53,881 bases of DNA from an uncultured Clostridia bacterium (GTDB lineage Bacteria > Bacillota > Clostridia > TANB77 > CAG-508), in NCBI GenBank assembly GCA_944391975.1, contig CALXVK010000002.1:1-53881 (forward strand). Direction: 5' to 3'. Shown here in pieces: positions 1-10,522 of the stretch. The translations under genes and the position numbers were made by a program. Within the stretch, counting starts at the first letter, position 1. The number at the start of each line of letters is the position of its first letter. The notes under the pieces were generated by a model, which did no database searches, was not told the DNA's origin, and was given only the letters and a program-made list of their open reading frames with translations.

Positions 1-656
1 CCATCTTCTGTTAAATAGATAATGAAAATATCTGCTTCCCCTTTGGCTAAAATTTTGTTATAACTTATTTTACTCTCAATATTTGAAACATCTATATTAA
101 CTTTTAAAATCTCACTAATTATATCTAAACTATCTACTCGAATTTTTTCATCTATTACTGCTTTGGATGATCCATATCCTATTACTGAATTTAAATTTAA
201 AACTTCTTCTTGTTTTTGAAGTTCTTCAATATTTTCAAATTCATTGTAAAATTTAACTTCATTTTTTTCATAAATTTTATATTTTATTTTAAGTTTTAAA
301 TCTACAACAATTTTTCTTTCATTTAACATTTTGGAACTCATTTCCAAAATTTGAGTATCATATCTAATTAAACAATTTTCTTTTATTTCTGTACTTTCTT
401 GTTTAAAATTAAATTCTAAATTTGTTGTAATACTTCTTGTATCTCCTTCACTTGATAAATAAATAATTGTAATTTGAGTATTTCCATCTAATTTAAAACT
501 ACCATTTGAAATTTCTTGTTTGTTAATATATGCAAACCCATTTGTATCAATAACATTTACTATATCTGGCTTTATATCTGGAACAATAACTTCATTAGTA
601 AGTTCTAATTCTTTACTATTACTTAAAATTTTTTTATTTACATCTATAGTCTCCAT
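1..656 (-). CDS. DUF3794/SPOCS-like sporulation-associated protein, 5' part (runs off left edge)
   Basis: Not in ORF track because there is no stop in the window. ATG at 656 follows GGAGG (666-670) and the frame stays open to position 1. METIDVNKKILSNS..NEVIVPDIKPDIVNVIDTNG.. resembles the VPDxKPDI start of DUF3794 proteins (family recalled from memory). Confidence 0.5.
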   Translation of the reverse strand, partial: METIDVNKKILSNSKELELTNEVIVPDIKPDIVNVIDTNGFAYINKQEISNGSFKLDGNTQITIIYLSSEGDTRSITTNLEFNFKQESTEIKENCLIRYDTQILEMSSKMLNERKIVVDLKLKIKYKIYEKNEVKFYNEFENIEELQKQEEVLNLNSVIGYGSSKAVIDEKIRVDSLDIISEILKVNIDVSNIESKISYNKILAKGEADIFIIYLTED

Positions 657-729
657 AAAAAAAATCCTCCTTAAATGCTTTTACTACATTTATATGGAGG
701 ATTTTTTAAATAATTCCATTTTTTTAATT

Positions 730-1032
730 TTATACAGCTGTTTTTCTTCTTTTTATTTCAATTTGTGGTTCAATCAATGGTTCAAAACCATTACCATTAT
801 CAATTTTTACTTCAATTTGTCTTGTAAATAAATCTGTATAATTATAAGAACCTACTCTATCAGCTTCTTCAAATTTAACTCTAAAATAATCTTTATATGT
901 ATTTTCGATTATTGCTGATTTTTCAAGAGGTTTACTCCTTTTACCAGGTGACTCTTTAATAATTATTCTTTGACCAATATTATCTCCTATATTTTTTCTT
1001 AAATTAACAATTTCTGATTTGTAAATTCCCAA
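730..1032 (-). CDS. veg: Veg-like protein (DUF1021)
   Basis: TTG start after AGGTGA. ..IVNLRKNIGDNIGQRIIIKESPGKRSK..ENTYKDYFRVKF..VGSYNYTDL.. resembles Bacillus Veg. Confidence 0.7.
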   Translation of the reverse strand: MGIYKSEIVNLRKNIGDNIGQRIIIKESPGKRSKPLEKSAIIENTYKDYFRVKFEEADRVGSYNYTDLFTRQIEVKIDNGNGFEPLIEPQIEIKRRKTAV

Positions 1033-1237
1033 AATATAATCACCTACTTACCTATAATTTTATTTTTTGTTTAATCAACAAAAAATATATTATAGAAACA
1101 AGAAAAATCTAATTTCTACATTTAGAAATATAGCACAGCAGGTTTGGATTGTCAAAATGCTAATTTTGTCTAAAAACGTCTATATCTCAGTAATATCAAT
1201 TATTGTGAGTTTTATTTATCTCTTCTTTTCTTTTGTG

Positions 1238-1516
1238 TTACAAATCTTTTTCTTTTTTGTTACATTTCTCTTTTTTATATTTTAATTTTGTAGCCATACC
1301 GCCTCTTAAGTGCCTTTCAGCTTTATTTTCATCTAAAATTTTTCTTACTTCTAAAGCTAATGCATAATTAATATTTACCAATCTTTGACTTACATCTTTA
1401 TGTACTGTACTTTTACTTACTCCAAATTTTGCAGCAGCTCCTCTTACTGTATCTTTTGAATCTATTATATAATGTGCTAAATTAACTGCACGTTCTTCAA
1501 TAGATGTTCCTTTCAT
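1238..1516 (-). CDS. spoIIID: Stage III sporulation protein D, HTH regulator
   Basis: ..AAAKFGVSKSTVHKDV.. HTH plus the C-terminal RHLRGGMATKLKYKK signature of SpoIIID. Confidence 0.9.
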   Translation of the reverse strand: MKGTSIEERAVNLAHYIIDSKDTVRGAAAKFGVSKSTVHKDVSQRLVNINYALALEVRKILDENKAERHLRGGMATKLKYKKEKCNKKEKDL

Positions 1517-1605
1517 AAAGAAAAAACCTCCTAGCCAAATACATTTTCTTCTAAAGTGTATTCGACTAAAAGGTTAATTAGAACTTAGCCTTTATATACA
1601 AAATA

Positions 1606-2653
1606 TTATTTTACTAATGCTTCTAATAAAGTTATCTCTTTATTACCTACATCTAATTCACATTCTATTCCATATGGTATTATTCCTCTAGGTGCTGTAT
1701 GCCCAAAGTTTGCATTATATAATACTGGCATATCTTCTCTATTAAATTCTTTTAATATTGATTTAAAAACATTTTTATATTCTTCATAATATTTTTCTTT
1801 TCTTGGTTTTCCAACTATAATTCCTTTTGCTACTGAAAAAATTCCTTGTGCTCCAAGATTTCTTAAATAATATCCAACAAGATATGGTTCTGGCATATTT
1901 TCGCATGTTTCTAAAAATATTATTTTATCTTTCCACTCTTCTAATTTTGGCCATACTTCAGTTCCGATATATAATGGAAATGCATCTAAACATCCACCTA
2001 ACAATTTTCCTCTAATTTTTCCTTCTCCTTGAATTACTTCATATCCTTTTTCATCTTTTATTCTTGTTTTTGTTTTATTTATATTTTCTCCATTCCACCA
2101 TTCTTCCCCATCTTCATTAGTCCAATAATCACATTTTTCTATTTTAAAATTTTCTTTAGCATCAAATAATAAATTTTTAATTGCATTTTCTGTATATTCA
2201 TACATATCACCATATTCTGCAAAATCAGATAATAATGCTGGTCCATAATATGATACAACACCTGCCTTATACATCATAAAATGATTTGCAGTAGTATCTG
2301 AAAAGCCCATAAAAATTTTAGGATTTTTTCTAATAATATTATAATCGATAAATGGTAATAATCTAATTGTATCTTCTCCGCCAATTGCACTTATAATTGC
2401 TTTTATACTTTTATCTTTAAAAGCATTCATAAAATCTTCTGCTCTTTTTTCAGGATGATTATATAAATATTCTGTTCCTTTTAATGAATTAGGCATTGCA
2501 ATAACCTCTAAACCAAATTTTTCTTCAAGTCTTTTTTTTACCCAACTCGTATTTATGTATATACTGCTTTTCCCCAATCATTCCATCAGATAAACTAACT
2601 ACAGCAACTTTATCACCTTTTTTTAATCTTTCCGGTTTTATCATATCAGACAT
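1606..2653 (-). CDS. S66-family LD-carboxypeptidase (LdcA/MccF-like), reading frame broken in an A8 run
   Basis: Track ORF 1606-2577 has GGEDTIRLLP..GFSDTTANH (S66 motifs). The true N-terminus MSDMIKPERLKKGDKVAVVSLSDGMIGEKQYIHKYELGKK starts at ATG 2653 in another frame. The frames meet in the homopolymer at 2532-2539 (8 T on +, 8 A in the mRNA sense). Confidence 0.75.
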
Positions 2654-2679
2654 TTTTATTCCTCTTCTTTCTATTTTTA

Positions 2680-3093
2680 TTAAAAAAACAATCTGTCTTT
2701 ATAGATTTCTACTTGTTTAACCATATGACCTATATTTCCTTCTCCTGCAAATTTATCAATATCAAAAAAGTTTTCATTTTTATCTATCCAATATAGTTTA
2801 TTTAGCTCTTCTATTAATGTAACATCTTTATTTAGTTTTCCTACATAAACTTCTAATTCCATATCTAACATTTTGTATTGAAAATTCATAATATTAGTTA
2901 ATATAATATCATTTTTATTTATTCCTGTTTCTTCTTGTAATTCTCTGTATGCAGCATGTAATTCATCTTCATCTTTCTCAAGCTTACCACCAACTAAATT
3001 GAATTTTCCTTTATATGGTTCTTTTTCTCTTTTGCACATTAAAATATTACTTTCTTCTTTATCATATACTAATATTACATTAAATTTCTTCAT
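2680..3093 (-). CDS. NUDIX hydrolase
   Basis: GGKLEKDEDELHAAYRELQEETGI matches the Nudix box GX5EX7REUXEEXGU. Confidence 0.85.
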   Translation of the reverse strand: MKKFNVILVYDKEESNILMCKREKEPYKGKFNLVGGKLEKDEDELHAAYRELQEETGINKNDIILTNIMNFQYKMLDMELEVYVGKLNKDVTLIEELNKLYWIDKNENFFDIDKFAGEGNIGHMVKQVEIYKDRLFF

Positions 3094-3112
3094 TTTTCCT
3101 CCAGATAATTTA

Positions 3113-3478
3113 TTATTTTTTCTTCCAATCTTCTTTATAATTTCTTTTCATATTTTTATTATGTTTTTCTATATATGCTTTTGATATTTTATCAGCTGAA
3201 ATATTATATCTTAATAGAGTTTCATTATAATACATTAATACATCACTCATTTCTTCGACAAAATCTTTTCTAACTTCTTTATTCTCCATTATTTCTTTAT
3301 CGCCTTTTTTCTTTATGATAGATATAACTTCTCCCATTTCTTCTATCATCCATAATAAAAAATTTCTACCATATTTTGCTTCCATTGGAGACCAATTATC
3401 TTTATTTAATTCCCATAATTCCATTTGCATTTTCATCATATCAGATATTTTTATATCATATTTTTCTCTATCTGCCAT
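3113..3478 (-). CDS. MazG-like all-alpha nucleotide pyrophosphohydrolase
   Basis: 121 aa with the ..WMIEEMGEV.. and ..VEEMSDVLMY.. acidic helix pattern typical of MazG/YpjD-type NTP-PPases. Confidence 0.55.
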   Translation of the reverse strand: MADREKYDIKISDMMKMQMELWELNKDNWSPMEAKYGRNFLLWMIEEMGEVISIIKKKGDKEIMENKEVRKDFVEEMSDVLMYYNETLLRYNISADKISKAYIEKHNKNMKRNYKEDWKKK

Positions 3479-3526
3479 ATTTATACCCTCTTTCTATTAT
3501 AATTAAACTTTTTATATCACAAAAAA

Positions 3527-3559
3527 TAAAAAAAGAAAAGTCTCACGAAAAGACTTTTC
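3527..3559 (-). terminator. Intrinsic terminator after pyrH
   Basis: Stem GAAAAGTCT/AGACTTTTC followed by a T-run on the minus strand. Confidence 0.7.
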
Positions 3560-3568
3560 TTTTTTATT

Positions 3569-4304
3569 TTAATACATTTCTATTTCACAATCATTTCCTA
3601 CATATGTTCCAATATTTTTACCTTCACATATATCTAAAATTGAATTTTTTTGATTAAAATCAAATATATACATTGGCATTTTATATTCTTTTGCTAAAAT
3701 AAAAGCAGAACCATCAACTACTTTCAAATCTTTTGAAATAGCTTCATCATAAGTCAAAGATTTATAACGTTTACAATCTGGATTTTCATTTGGATTATCT
3801 GTATAAACTCCATCTGTTCCTTGTTTTGCCATTAAAACTACATCTGCTCTTATTTCAATAGCTCTTTGAAGTGATGCATAATCTGTAGTTACAAATGGTT
3901 CTCCAATTCCTCCACCTAAAACAATTATTTTTCCTTTTTCTAAATGACGAAGTGCACGTAGTCTGATATACGGTTCTGCTATTGTATCCATTGGGATTGG
4001 TGTCATAACTCTTAAGTCATGTGCTCCTTTTGAAACTAAAGCTCCTCTTAAGATTAAACTATTAATTACAGTTGCCATCATTCCTATATTATCTGCTTCA
4101 GCTCTTTCAATATTCCAATCATCTGCTGTTTTTCCTCTAAAAATATTACCTCCGTCCAACTAAAACTGCTACTTCAATTCCTGCTTTACTTGCTTTTATA
4201 ATTTCATCTGTAATTCTGTCTAATGAAGCTTTATCAAATCCAAAATCTTTATCTCCAGATAAAGCTCCTCCACTGACTTTTAGCAAAATTCTCTTATATT
4301 TCAT
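3569..4304 (-). CDS. pyrH: UMP kinase (needs +1 shift at in-frame CGG 4152-4154)
   Basis: ATG 4304 after GGAGG. KRILLKVSGGALSG, then ..EVAVLVG|GGNIFRG.. restored by skipping C(4154). VLGGGIGEPFVTTDYASLQRAIEI. Track ORFs 4146-4337 and 3569-4159 are the two halves. Confidence 0.9.
4151..4154 (-). other. Recoding site: GGA CGG AGG TAA read as GGA [C] GGA GGT AAT (pyrH)
   Basis: In-frame CGG (4152-4154). Skipping the C restores VG-G-GNIFRG. The 0-frame stop is 2 codons later. Confidence 0.8.
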
Positions 4305-4338
4305 TTTAAACTTCCTCCAAAAATTTTTTCTTAACATA

Positions 4339-4367
4339 TATTATCATTTCAAAGATTATATTGTCAA
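4339..4367 (-). promoter_or_regulatory. SigmaA-type promoter of pyrH
   Basis: Minus strand TTGACA-N17-ATAATA, with TG two nt upstream of the -10. Confidence 0.5.
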
Positions 4368-4384
4368 TCAATTTTGAAAAACTA

Positions 4385-4413
4385 TTGAACAAAAAATAAC
4401 TATATGCTATAAT
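4385..4413 (+). promoter_or_regulatory. SigmaA-type promoter of the 4457 small membrane protein gene
   Basis: TTGAAC-N17-TATAAT on the plus strand. Confidence 0.55.
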
Positions 4414-4456
4414 TTTAAATGTAAAATTTTAGAAACAAAAGAAAGAGGATTTAAAA

Positions 4457-4660
4457 GTGGAATTTTTAGCAATAATATTTATAATGGGTTTTGTAATATT
4501 AGTTTTGCTTTTCATAGCTGTTTATCAGATAAAAATGGCTGGTATGAAAGTTACTGACTTTTGGACTTTTATCAAAGCAAATGACACTTTAGATAAATTA
4601 TATGCATTTGCACAACGTTATGAAAAAATTTCACCTCAGAAGAATATCAAAAATATATGA
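4457..4660 (+). CDS. Small membrane protein (possibly extends to 4725 via an A-run frameshift)
   Basis: GTG start after AAGAGGA and one N-terminal TM helix. A second frame stays open from 4630 to TAA 4723-4725, directly before a terminator hairpin. Confidence 0.5.
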   Translation: MEFLAIIFIMGFVILVLLFIAVYQIKMAGMKVTDFWTFIKANDTLDKLYAFAQRYEKISPQKNIKNI

Positions 4661-4720
4661 AAATTTTAAATAAATATCAATCAATAAAAGTTTTACGTTG
4701 GAAAGAAACACCAGCCAAAA

Positions 4721-4762
4721 AATAAACAAGTCATTTAATCAAAATAACTTGTTTATTTTTTT
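4721..4762. terminator. Bidirectional intrinsic terminator
   Basis: Stem aataaacaagt/acttgtttatt (4721-31/4747-57) with A-run and T-run flanks, between convergent genes. Confidence 0.7.
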
Positions 4763-5798
4763 ATTCTAAATTATTTATATTTTTTGATAATTCATCTTTT
4801 TCTTTTAATTCTTGCTCATCTATTTTTACTCTTTCTCTTGCATTATCCTTCTTTTGAATAGAAACATCTAATGAAATTTTTCCAATAAGATTTTCTAATT
4901 CTGGACTATTAATATATTGGCTAATATTTATACCAGCTTCTTTATTTATATATCTTAAACTCCCGTCTTTTACAGCTGAAATTAGCATCTGTATAGCTTC
5001 TCTTTTTGTAGAACATTTTCTTATTTCAATAGCTTTACTAGTGCTATTTACATCACATAATATTTGAAAATTTCTTATTAATTCAGTAATATCTGTAATT
5101 TTTTGTATATTTAAAACTGTTTTTTTATCACTTATATCTATATCATGATCACATGTCCATTCTTCAGAAAATTCGAAAAAAGGATTATTATTTTCATCTA
5201 TTGTTAAATTTACAACAGGAGTAAAATCTTCTGGATTAATTTGATAAATATAATTAGGTCTTCTTAATAATACTCTATTATCTCCTTTATCATCTTGCTG
5301 AATTTGCATATTATCATCACCATAAATACATAAGTCTGAAAAAATCGAAACCATTCCTGACTTATTTCTAGCCATATACAAATTTTTTCCATCTAATGGA
5401 CTAGAAGATGCAAATACCCAATTTCCTCTTTGAGTTTCATAATTATTTAGTCTATTTACAGATCTTATTATTTTTCCACCAATCATTTTATCTGGTGAAT
5501 TTTCTGTTATATGAGCAATTGTTTCTCCATTACTAATAAATATTTGTTTTATATCTTTTTTATATTTTTCCATTAGTTCAAATATTTGTTTAACTTCTTC
5601 ATCTACACCCTCTAAATCATTTTCTTGATCTTTTATATCATGTATAGCTTTTTTTCTTCTTTCTTCTATAATCTCAAGGGCTTTTTTTATAGATTCTATA
5701 CTAAATTTTTTTAATATTTCAGAATATAGTTTTTGTTTCTCTTTTAATTGCTCTCTTGTTGTCGTTTTTTCTGTTTTATTAAAAGTATTATCACTCAT
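4761..5798 (-). CDS. Hypothetical protein (coiled-coil N-terminus, globular C-terminus)
   Basis: 345-aa ORF. Its start overlaps the upstream stop by 4 nt (ATGA at 5795-5798). No motif recognised. Confidence 0.65.
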   Translation of the reverse strand: MSDNTFNKTEKTTTREQLKEKQKLYSEILKKFSIESIKKALEIIEERRKKAIHDIKDQENDLEGVDEEVKQIFELMEKYKKDIKQIFISNGETIAHITENSPDKMIGGKIIRSVNRLNNYETQRGNWVFASSSPLDGKNLYMARNKSGMVSIFSDLCIYGDDNMQIQQDDKGDNRVLLRRPNYIYQINPEDFTPVVNLTIDENNNPFFEFSEEWTCDHDIDISDKKTVLNIQKITDITELIRNFQILCDVNSTSKAIEIRKCSTKREAIQMLISAVKDGSLRYINKEAGINISQYINSPELENLIGKISLDVSIQKKDNARERVKIDEQELKEKDELSKNINNLE

Positions 5799-6250
5799 TT
5801 GCTACCTCTATCTATTTTATGTAAAAATTTTTTTATTAATTTTAATATTCTTGTATAAAATTTTTCTTTTTCATTTTCAATTGGTAAATCTATATGTTTC
5901 TCCACATTTTTTATCTTATCATTTTTAAATATGTCTTCTTTAGAATATTTTGATTCTTTATATTCATTTAATTCTTTCCTAGCATAATTATTTATATTAT
6001 TTATCTTTTCCTTTTGAGATGGTGTTGCCCAATAATCTAAAAAAATATTAGCTAATATTGCTTTTGTTTCATCTAATAATTCAAGTTCATCTATTTTTTT
6101 ATTTAAATCAATAGTAAAATTATAATTAATATCCATTTTGGTTTTAAAAGTATCAAGTACTGATTTAGGGATTTTATTTATGCTCTCTTCAGGTACAAAA
6201 TTTAATATTTCAATTATTTCTTTATATGCTTTAGGATAAATATTTTCCAT
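5795..6250 (-). CDS. Hypothetical protein
   Basis: 151-aa ORF, translationally coupled to 4761-5798. No motif recognised. Confidence 0.6.
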   Translation of the reverse strand: MENIYPKAYKEIIEILNFVPEESINKIPKSVLDTFKTKMDINYNFTIDLNKKIDELELLDETKAILANIFLDYWATPSQKEKINNINNYARKELNEYKESKYSKEDIFKNDKIKNVEKHIDLPIENEKEKFYTRILKLIKKFLHKIDRGSK

Positions 6251-6343
6251 ATAAATTATCCTTTCTTTTTCTTTTGATTAAATTTTATAAATATAATAAT
6301 TTATATCATATAAAAAAATAATTATCAATATAATTATAAAGAT

Positions 6344-6374
6344 TAAAAAAAGCATAGTGTAAAACTATGCTTTT
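6344..6374 (-). terminator. Intrinsic terminator after mreB
   Basis: Stem agcatagt/actatgct with a T-run on the minus strand. Confidence 0.7.
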
Positions 6375-6383
6375 AAACCTATT

Positions 6384-7402
<1,019 letters not shown>

Positions 7403-7468
7403 CTATATTACATTTTCGTTACGATTATATTACACATCTTATAAAAAAACAAGTACTATTTATATTTT

Positions 7469-7852
7469 TTAAAAGAAATTTTCAATATTTAAAATTTGTT
7501 TTTCTTCTATATGCTTAAATAAGAATTTAGTTTCAGCAATTGATTGTCTAGCATCATCTACATCTTCTATCTCTATCTGTTTTTGAATTAAACTAATATT
7601 ATTTCCAATTTTTTCTATTTCATCATGTTCTAAATAATAAGCCATTAATCTACTTCTTTTTTCCCATTCATCTACTAATTCATTAATCTTATCAATAGGC
7701 ATTTTTCCTTTTAAAAGTATATTATCAATATTATCCAATTCCGAATTAAAAAAATCAACTGTATTTTTAGTATTATTTACTGTTATAAAATCTAAAAAAA
7801 TTACCAAAATAATTATAATTAATATAAGGAAAATTGGTCTTATTTTTTTCAT
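7469..7852 (-). CDS. DUF4363-like small membrane-anchored protein
   Basis: N-terminal TM plus a helical domain. Sits directly downstream of a DUF421 gene with a 4-nt overlap, the usual DUF421/DUF4363 pairing in spore-formers (from memory). Confidence 0.5.
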   Translation of the reverse strand: MKKIRPIFLILIIIILVIFLDFITVNNTKNTVDFFNSELDNIDNILLKGKMPIDKINELVDEWEKRSRLMAYYLEHDEIEKIGNNISLIQKQIEIEDVDDARQSIAETKFLFKHIEEKQILNIENFF

Positions 7853-8524
7853 TTAGACTCCTTCCTTTGACAAAAAATTTCTCCCTTTCCATTAATAGTA
7901 ACTACCAATGCTTCTTCTGGCTTCATATTAAATTTTTTTACTTGTTTTTTTAACCATTCTTTATCTTTTGAAATTTTATGCAAATTATCTTCTTGGATAA
8001 TTCCGTCTATTACTAAATCATAAGGTAAACCTGAATATTCTCCCTTAATATTCATATCTTCTAATGTTACACCTCTTTTATCTGGTTTAGGAATAACTGT
8101 AATTTGTCCGACTAGTTTCTAATATAGCATATTCAACATCTCCTAAATCAAAAATATTATTTCCTCTTAACCTTTCCTGTAATTCATTAATTGTAAAATT
8201 TTCCTTTTTCATGACTTTTTCATCAATCTTACCTCTGTATACTAAAATTGACGGCTTACCACAAATAAACTCTCTAAATTTTATACTTTTTAAATTAATA
8301 TATGAAATTAGAATATGCATAACAAGTAAAGCTAAAATTGGGACAACTCCATAAAAAATGGGTGTACCTAATTCTGACATAGGAATTATTGCTAAATCAG
8401 CTATCATAATTGAAATTGCAAGCTCAAATGGTTGAAGTTGTCCTATTTCTCTTTTTCCCATACATCTCATTACTAGTAAAACTAAAGTGTATAAAATAAT
8501 TGCTCTAAGAAAAATTAATAACAT
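7849..8524 (-). CDS. DUF421 (YetF-like) membrane protein (needs +1 shift at CGG 8108-8110)
   Basis: Track ORFs 8087-8524 and 7849-8055 join as ..AILETS|GQITVIPKPDKRGVTLEDMNIKGE.. when C(8110) is skipped. Combined length about 224 aa, typical of YetF-family proteins. Confidence 0.7.
8107..8110 (-). other. Recoding site: AGT CGG ACA read as AGT [C] GGA CAA (DUF421)
   Basis: Restores LETS-G-QITVIPK and joins two track ORFs. Confidence 0.7.
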
Positions 8525-8763
8525 TTTCTCTCCTTTTACATTTTTACTATAATTTTCGTGTATATTTTCTGCAAAAAAAATTAAAAATATACATATTAGA
8601 AGTTAGATTTTATTTTAGAATTACTTAAAATAACAACATTTTTTATTTCTAAAATTATATAACTATTAAATTTATTAACTAGGTTTTAGTGGTGGGAAAT
8701 AAAATTTATTAATAGTTTCTCTAACTTCTATTCTTACCTCTAAATTCTAGAAAGGAGTTTAAA

Positions 8764-9141
8764 ATGAGCACAAATAATTCTAATACCCAAGATAATAGTA
8801 ATACAATGGGAACTTTTGGACAAATTGTTGGAAGATTTATTGTAGCTGCTATTATTTTAGGAATTACAGCATTTTTCACACCAAATTTCTCCATCAGTAA
8901 TATTTGGGCTTTAGCTTTAGCTGCAATAGTTTTAACTGTAATGGATTATATAATAGTTAAAATTACTGGACTTCAAGCTGTAGCATTTGGTAAAGGTTTT
9001 GTTGGATTTATTTTAGCAGTTATTACTTTATATGCAACTCAATTCTTTGTAGCTGGATATTCTATAACATGGTTTGCAGCTATAATTGGAGCTTTAATTT
9101 ATGGTGTGATTGCTTATATTATGCCAGGAGAACAAGCTTAA
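8764..9141 (+). CDS. Small polytopic membrane protein (holin-4/DUF2512-like)
   Basis: ATG after AAAGGAG. Polar N-terminus followed by 3-4 hydrophobic helices. Family assignment is tentative. Confidence 0.5.
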   Translation: MSTNNSNTQDNSNTMGTFGQIVGRFIVAAIILGITAFFTPNFSISNIWALALAAIVLTVMDYIIVKITGLQAVAFGKGFVGFILAVITLYATQFFVAGYSITWFAAIIGALIYGVIAYIMPGEQA

Positions 9142-9153
9142 AAATATCACAAA

Positions 9154-9175
9154 AAGGGCAGTAAAATCTGCCCTT
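9154..9175. terminator. Shared terminator hairpin between convergent genes
   Basis: Stem aagggcag/ctgccctt. Confidence 0.6.
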
Positions 9176-9187
9176 TAAAAATAGCTT

Positions 9188-10414
9188 TTATATTTCTATT
9201 TCCTCTTCTTCTTTAAGATTTCTAATTTTATTAATTTTAACAGTATCAATAGGCTTAAAATTAAGAGGTATAATGTTTTGTGGTTCAATACTTGAAATTA
9301 TTTTATTAATTAAATTATAATCTACAGATCCTATTATATATAATTCATAGTAATCCATATCAAAATCTTTCATCAAATTTAAAAATTCTTCTAACTGGCT
9401 ATCAATCTTTATATTTTGTTTATTAATTGTTAATATTAAACAAGCATCATAAATCACATCTTCTTTTTTTAATACTTGAATATCTTGGTACATATTTGTA
9501 TTAATATTCATAACATATTTTTCTTTTTTCATTTTATTATTAGCATTATGTATATAAAAATGTGTTACATATTTTTTCTTAAATTCAAAATCTTTATTAT
9601 CTAAAACTAATGGGGTATATGTATATACTTTTTTACTTGTAACAGGGTTAGGAGCGCTACCAGTAAGAGTTGTAGTCATATTTGATAAAAATGTATCTTC
9701 TATAAAGATTTTATTTGTTTTTAATGCAACTTCATAAATTTTCTTTGTTATTGCCAAATCATTTTCAGATTGAATAAAAAATACTTGTTTATAAAATTTC
9801 ATTATATTTTTAATTTTTTTGAAACTATCCTGTTCTGATAAATATTCTGGACCAATTTTACCAAAATGTTTTCCATCTATAAACCAATAATCCACTTTGC
9901 CTATCTCATAAATAATTTCATTAAGCTTTTTACTTCCAAAATTCAAATCAAAATTTTTAAAATCACCAGAAATTAACACTTTTTTTCCATAAGCTTCTAA
10001 TACAAGTATAGAAGTATTAGCATTTGATCCATCTACTAAATAATATGTTAATTTTATATCCTTTATCATTAATGGCTGTGAATTTAATATATCTCTAATA
10101 TTTTCTTTTGTTTTTATATTCATAAAATCATTATATACTTTATATGCTGATTTTATCTTTTTCTCTAAATATATTGGAATACTATCTAATGCATAATCAA
10201 CTAGATTACAATTTTCAGGATTTCTAAATATAAAAATAGCATCATAAGATGGCTCTCCATATGTAAGTCCTTCTATTGTTGGATTTACCTTTTCTGATAT
10301 TTCAGCTGTTCCTTTATCTTCACCAAAACTAACTGCAATCTTAGTTCTAGATGTACTAATTTGTAAAATTTGTTTACCAATATTATTTAATCCTTTTATA
10401 ATCTTTAGTTTCAT
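9188..10414 (-). CDS. Hypothetical protein
   Basis: Uninterrupted 408-aa ORF with no motif confidently recognised (weak MBL-fold-like feel, no HxHxDH). Confidence 0.6.
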   Translation of the reverse strand: MKLKIIKGLNNIGKQILQISTSRTKIAVSFGEDKGTAEISEKVNPTIEGLTYGEPSYDAIFIFRNPENCNLVDYALDSIPIYLEKKIKSAYKVYNDFMNIKTKENIRDILNSQPLMIKDIKLTYYLVDGSNANTSILVLEAYGKKVLISGDFKNFDLNFGSKKLNEIIYEIGKVDYWFIDGKHFGKIGPEYLSEQDSFKKIKNIMKFYKQVFFIQSENDLAITKKIYEVALKTNKIFIEDTFLSNMTTTLTGSAPNPVTSKKVYTYTPLVLDNKDFEFKKKYVTHFYIHNANNKMKKEKYVMNINTNMYQDIQVLKKEDVIYDACLILTINKQNIKIDSQLEEFLNLMKDFDMDYYELYIIGSVDYNLINKIISSIEPQNIIPLNFKPIDTVKINKIRNLKEEEEIEI

Positions 10415-10522
10415 ATTTTTTAATTCCTTCTTAAGTATTCACAAATATTCTATCAATAAAGTAAAAAAAACTCAATAGAAAACTAATATTTCATATCGAG
10501 TTTTTTATATTTTTTATCAAAA

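Noticed and set aside
520-831. Plus-strand track ORF (103 aa), and similar plus-strand ORFs at 1067-1285, 1827-2015, 2999-3184, 3315-3657, 6367-6612, 11935-12285, 13550-13738, 14462-14710, 18733-18939, 19451-19702, 21906-22127, 25633-25854, 27469-27669, 28840-29139, 33667-33942, 35483-35710, 36456-36710, 40129-40377, 43568-43825, 46898-47146 and 49895-50173.
   Set aside because: All are antisense shadows of well-supported minus-strand genes. They have low-complexity F/L/I/S-rich translations and no RBS.
8764-9141. Holin-like membrane protein as a sign of a prophage or lysis cassette.
   Set aside because: There are no endolysin, terminase, integrase or other phage genes nearby. It is an isolated gene between core genes.
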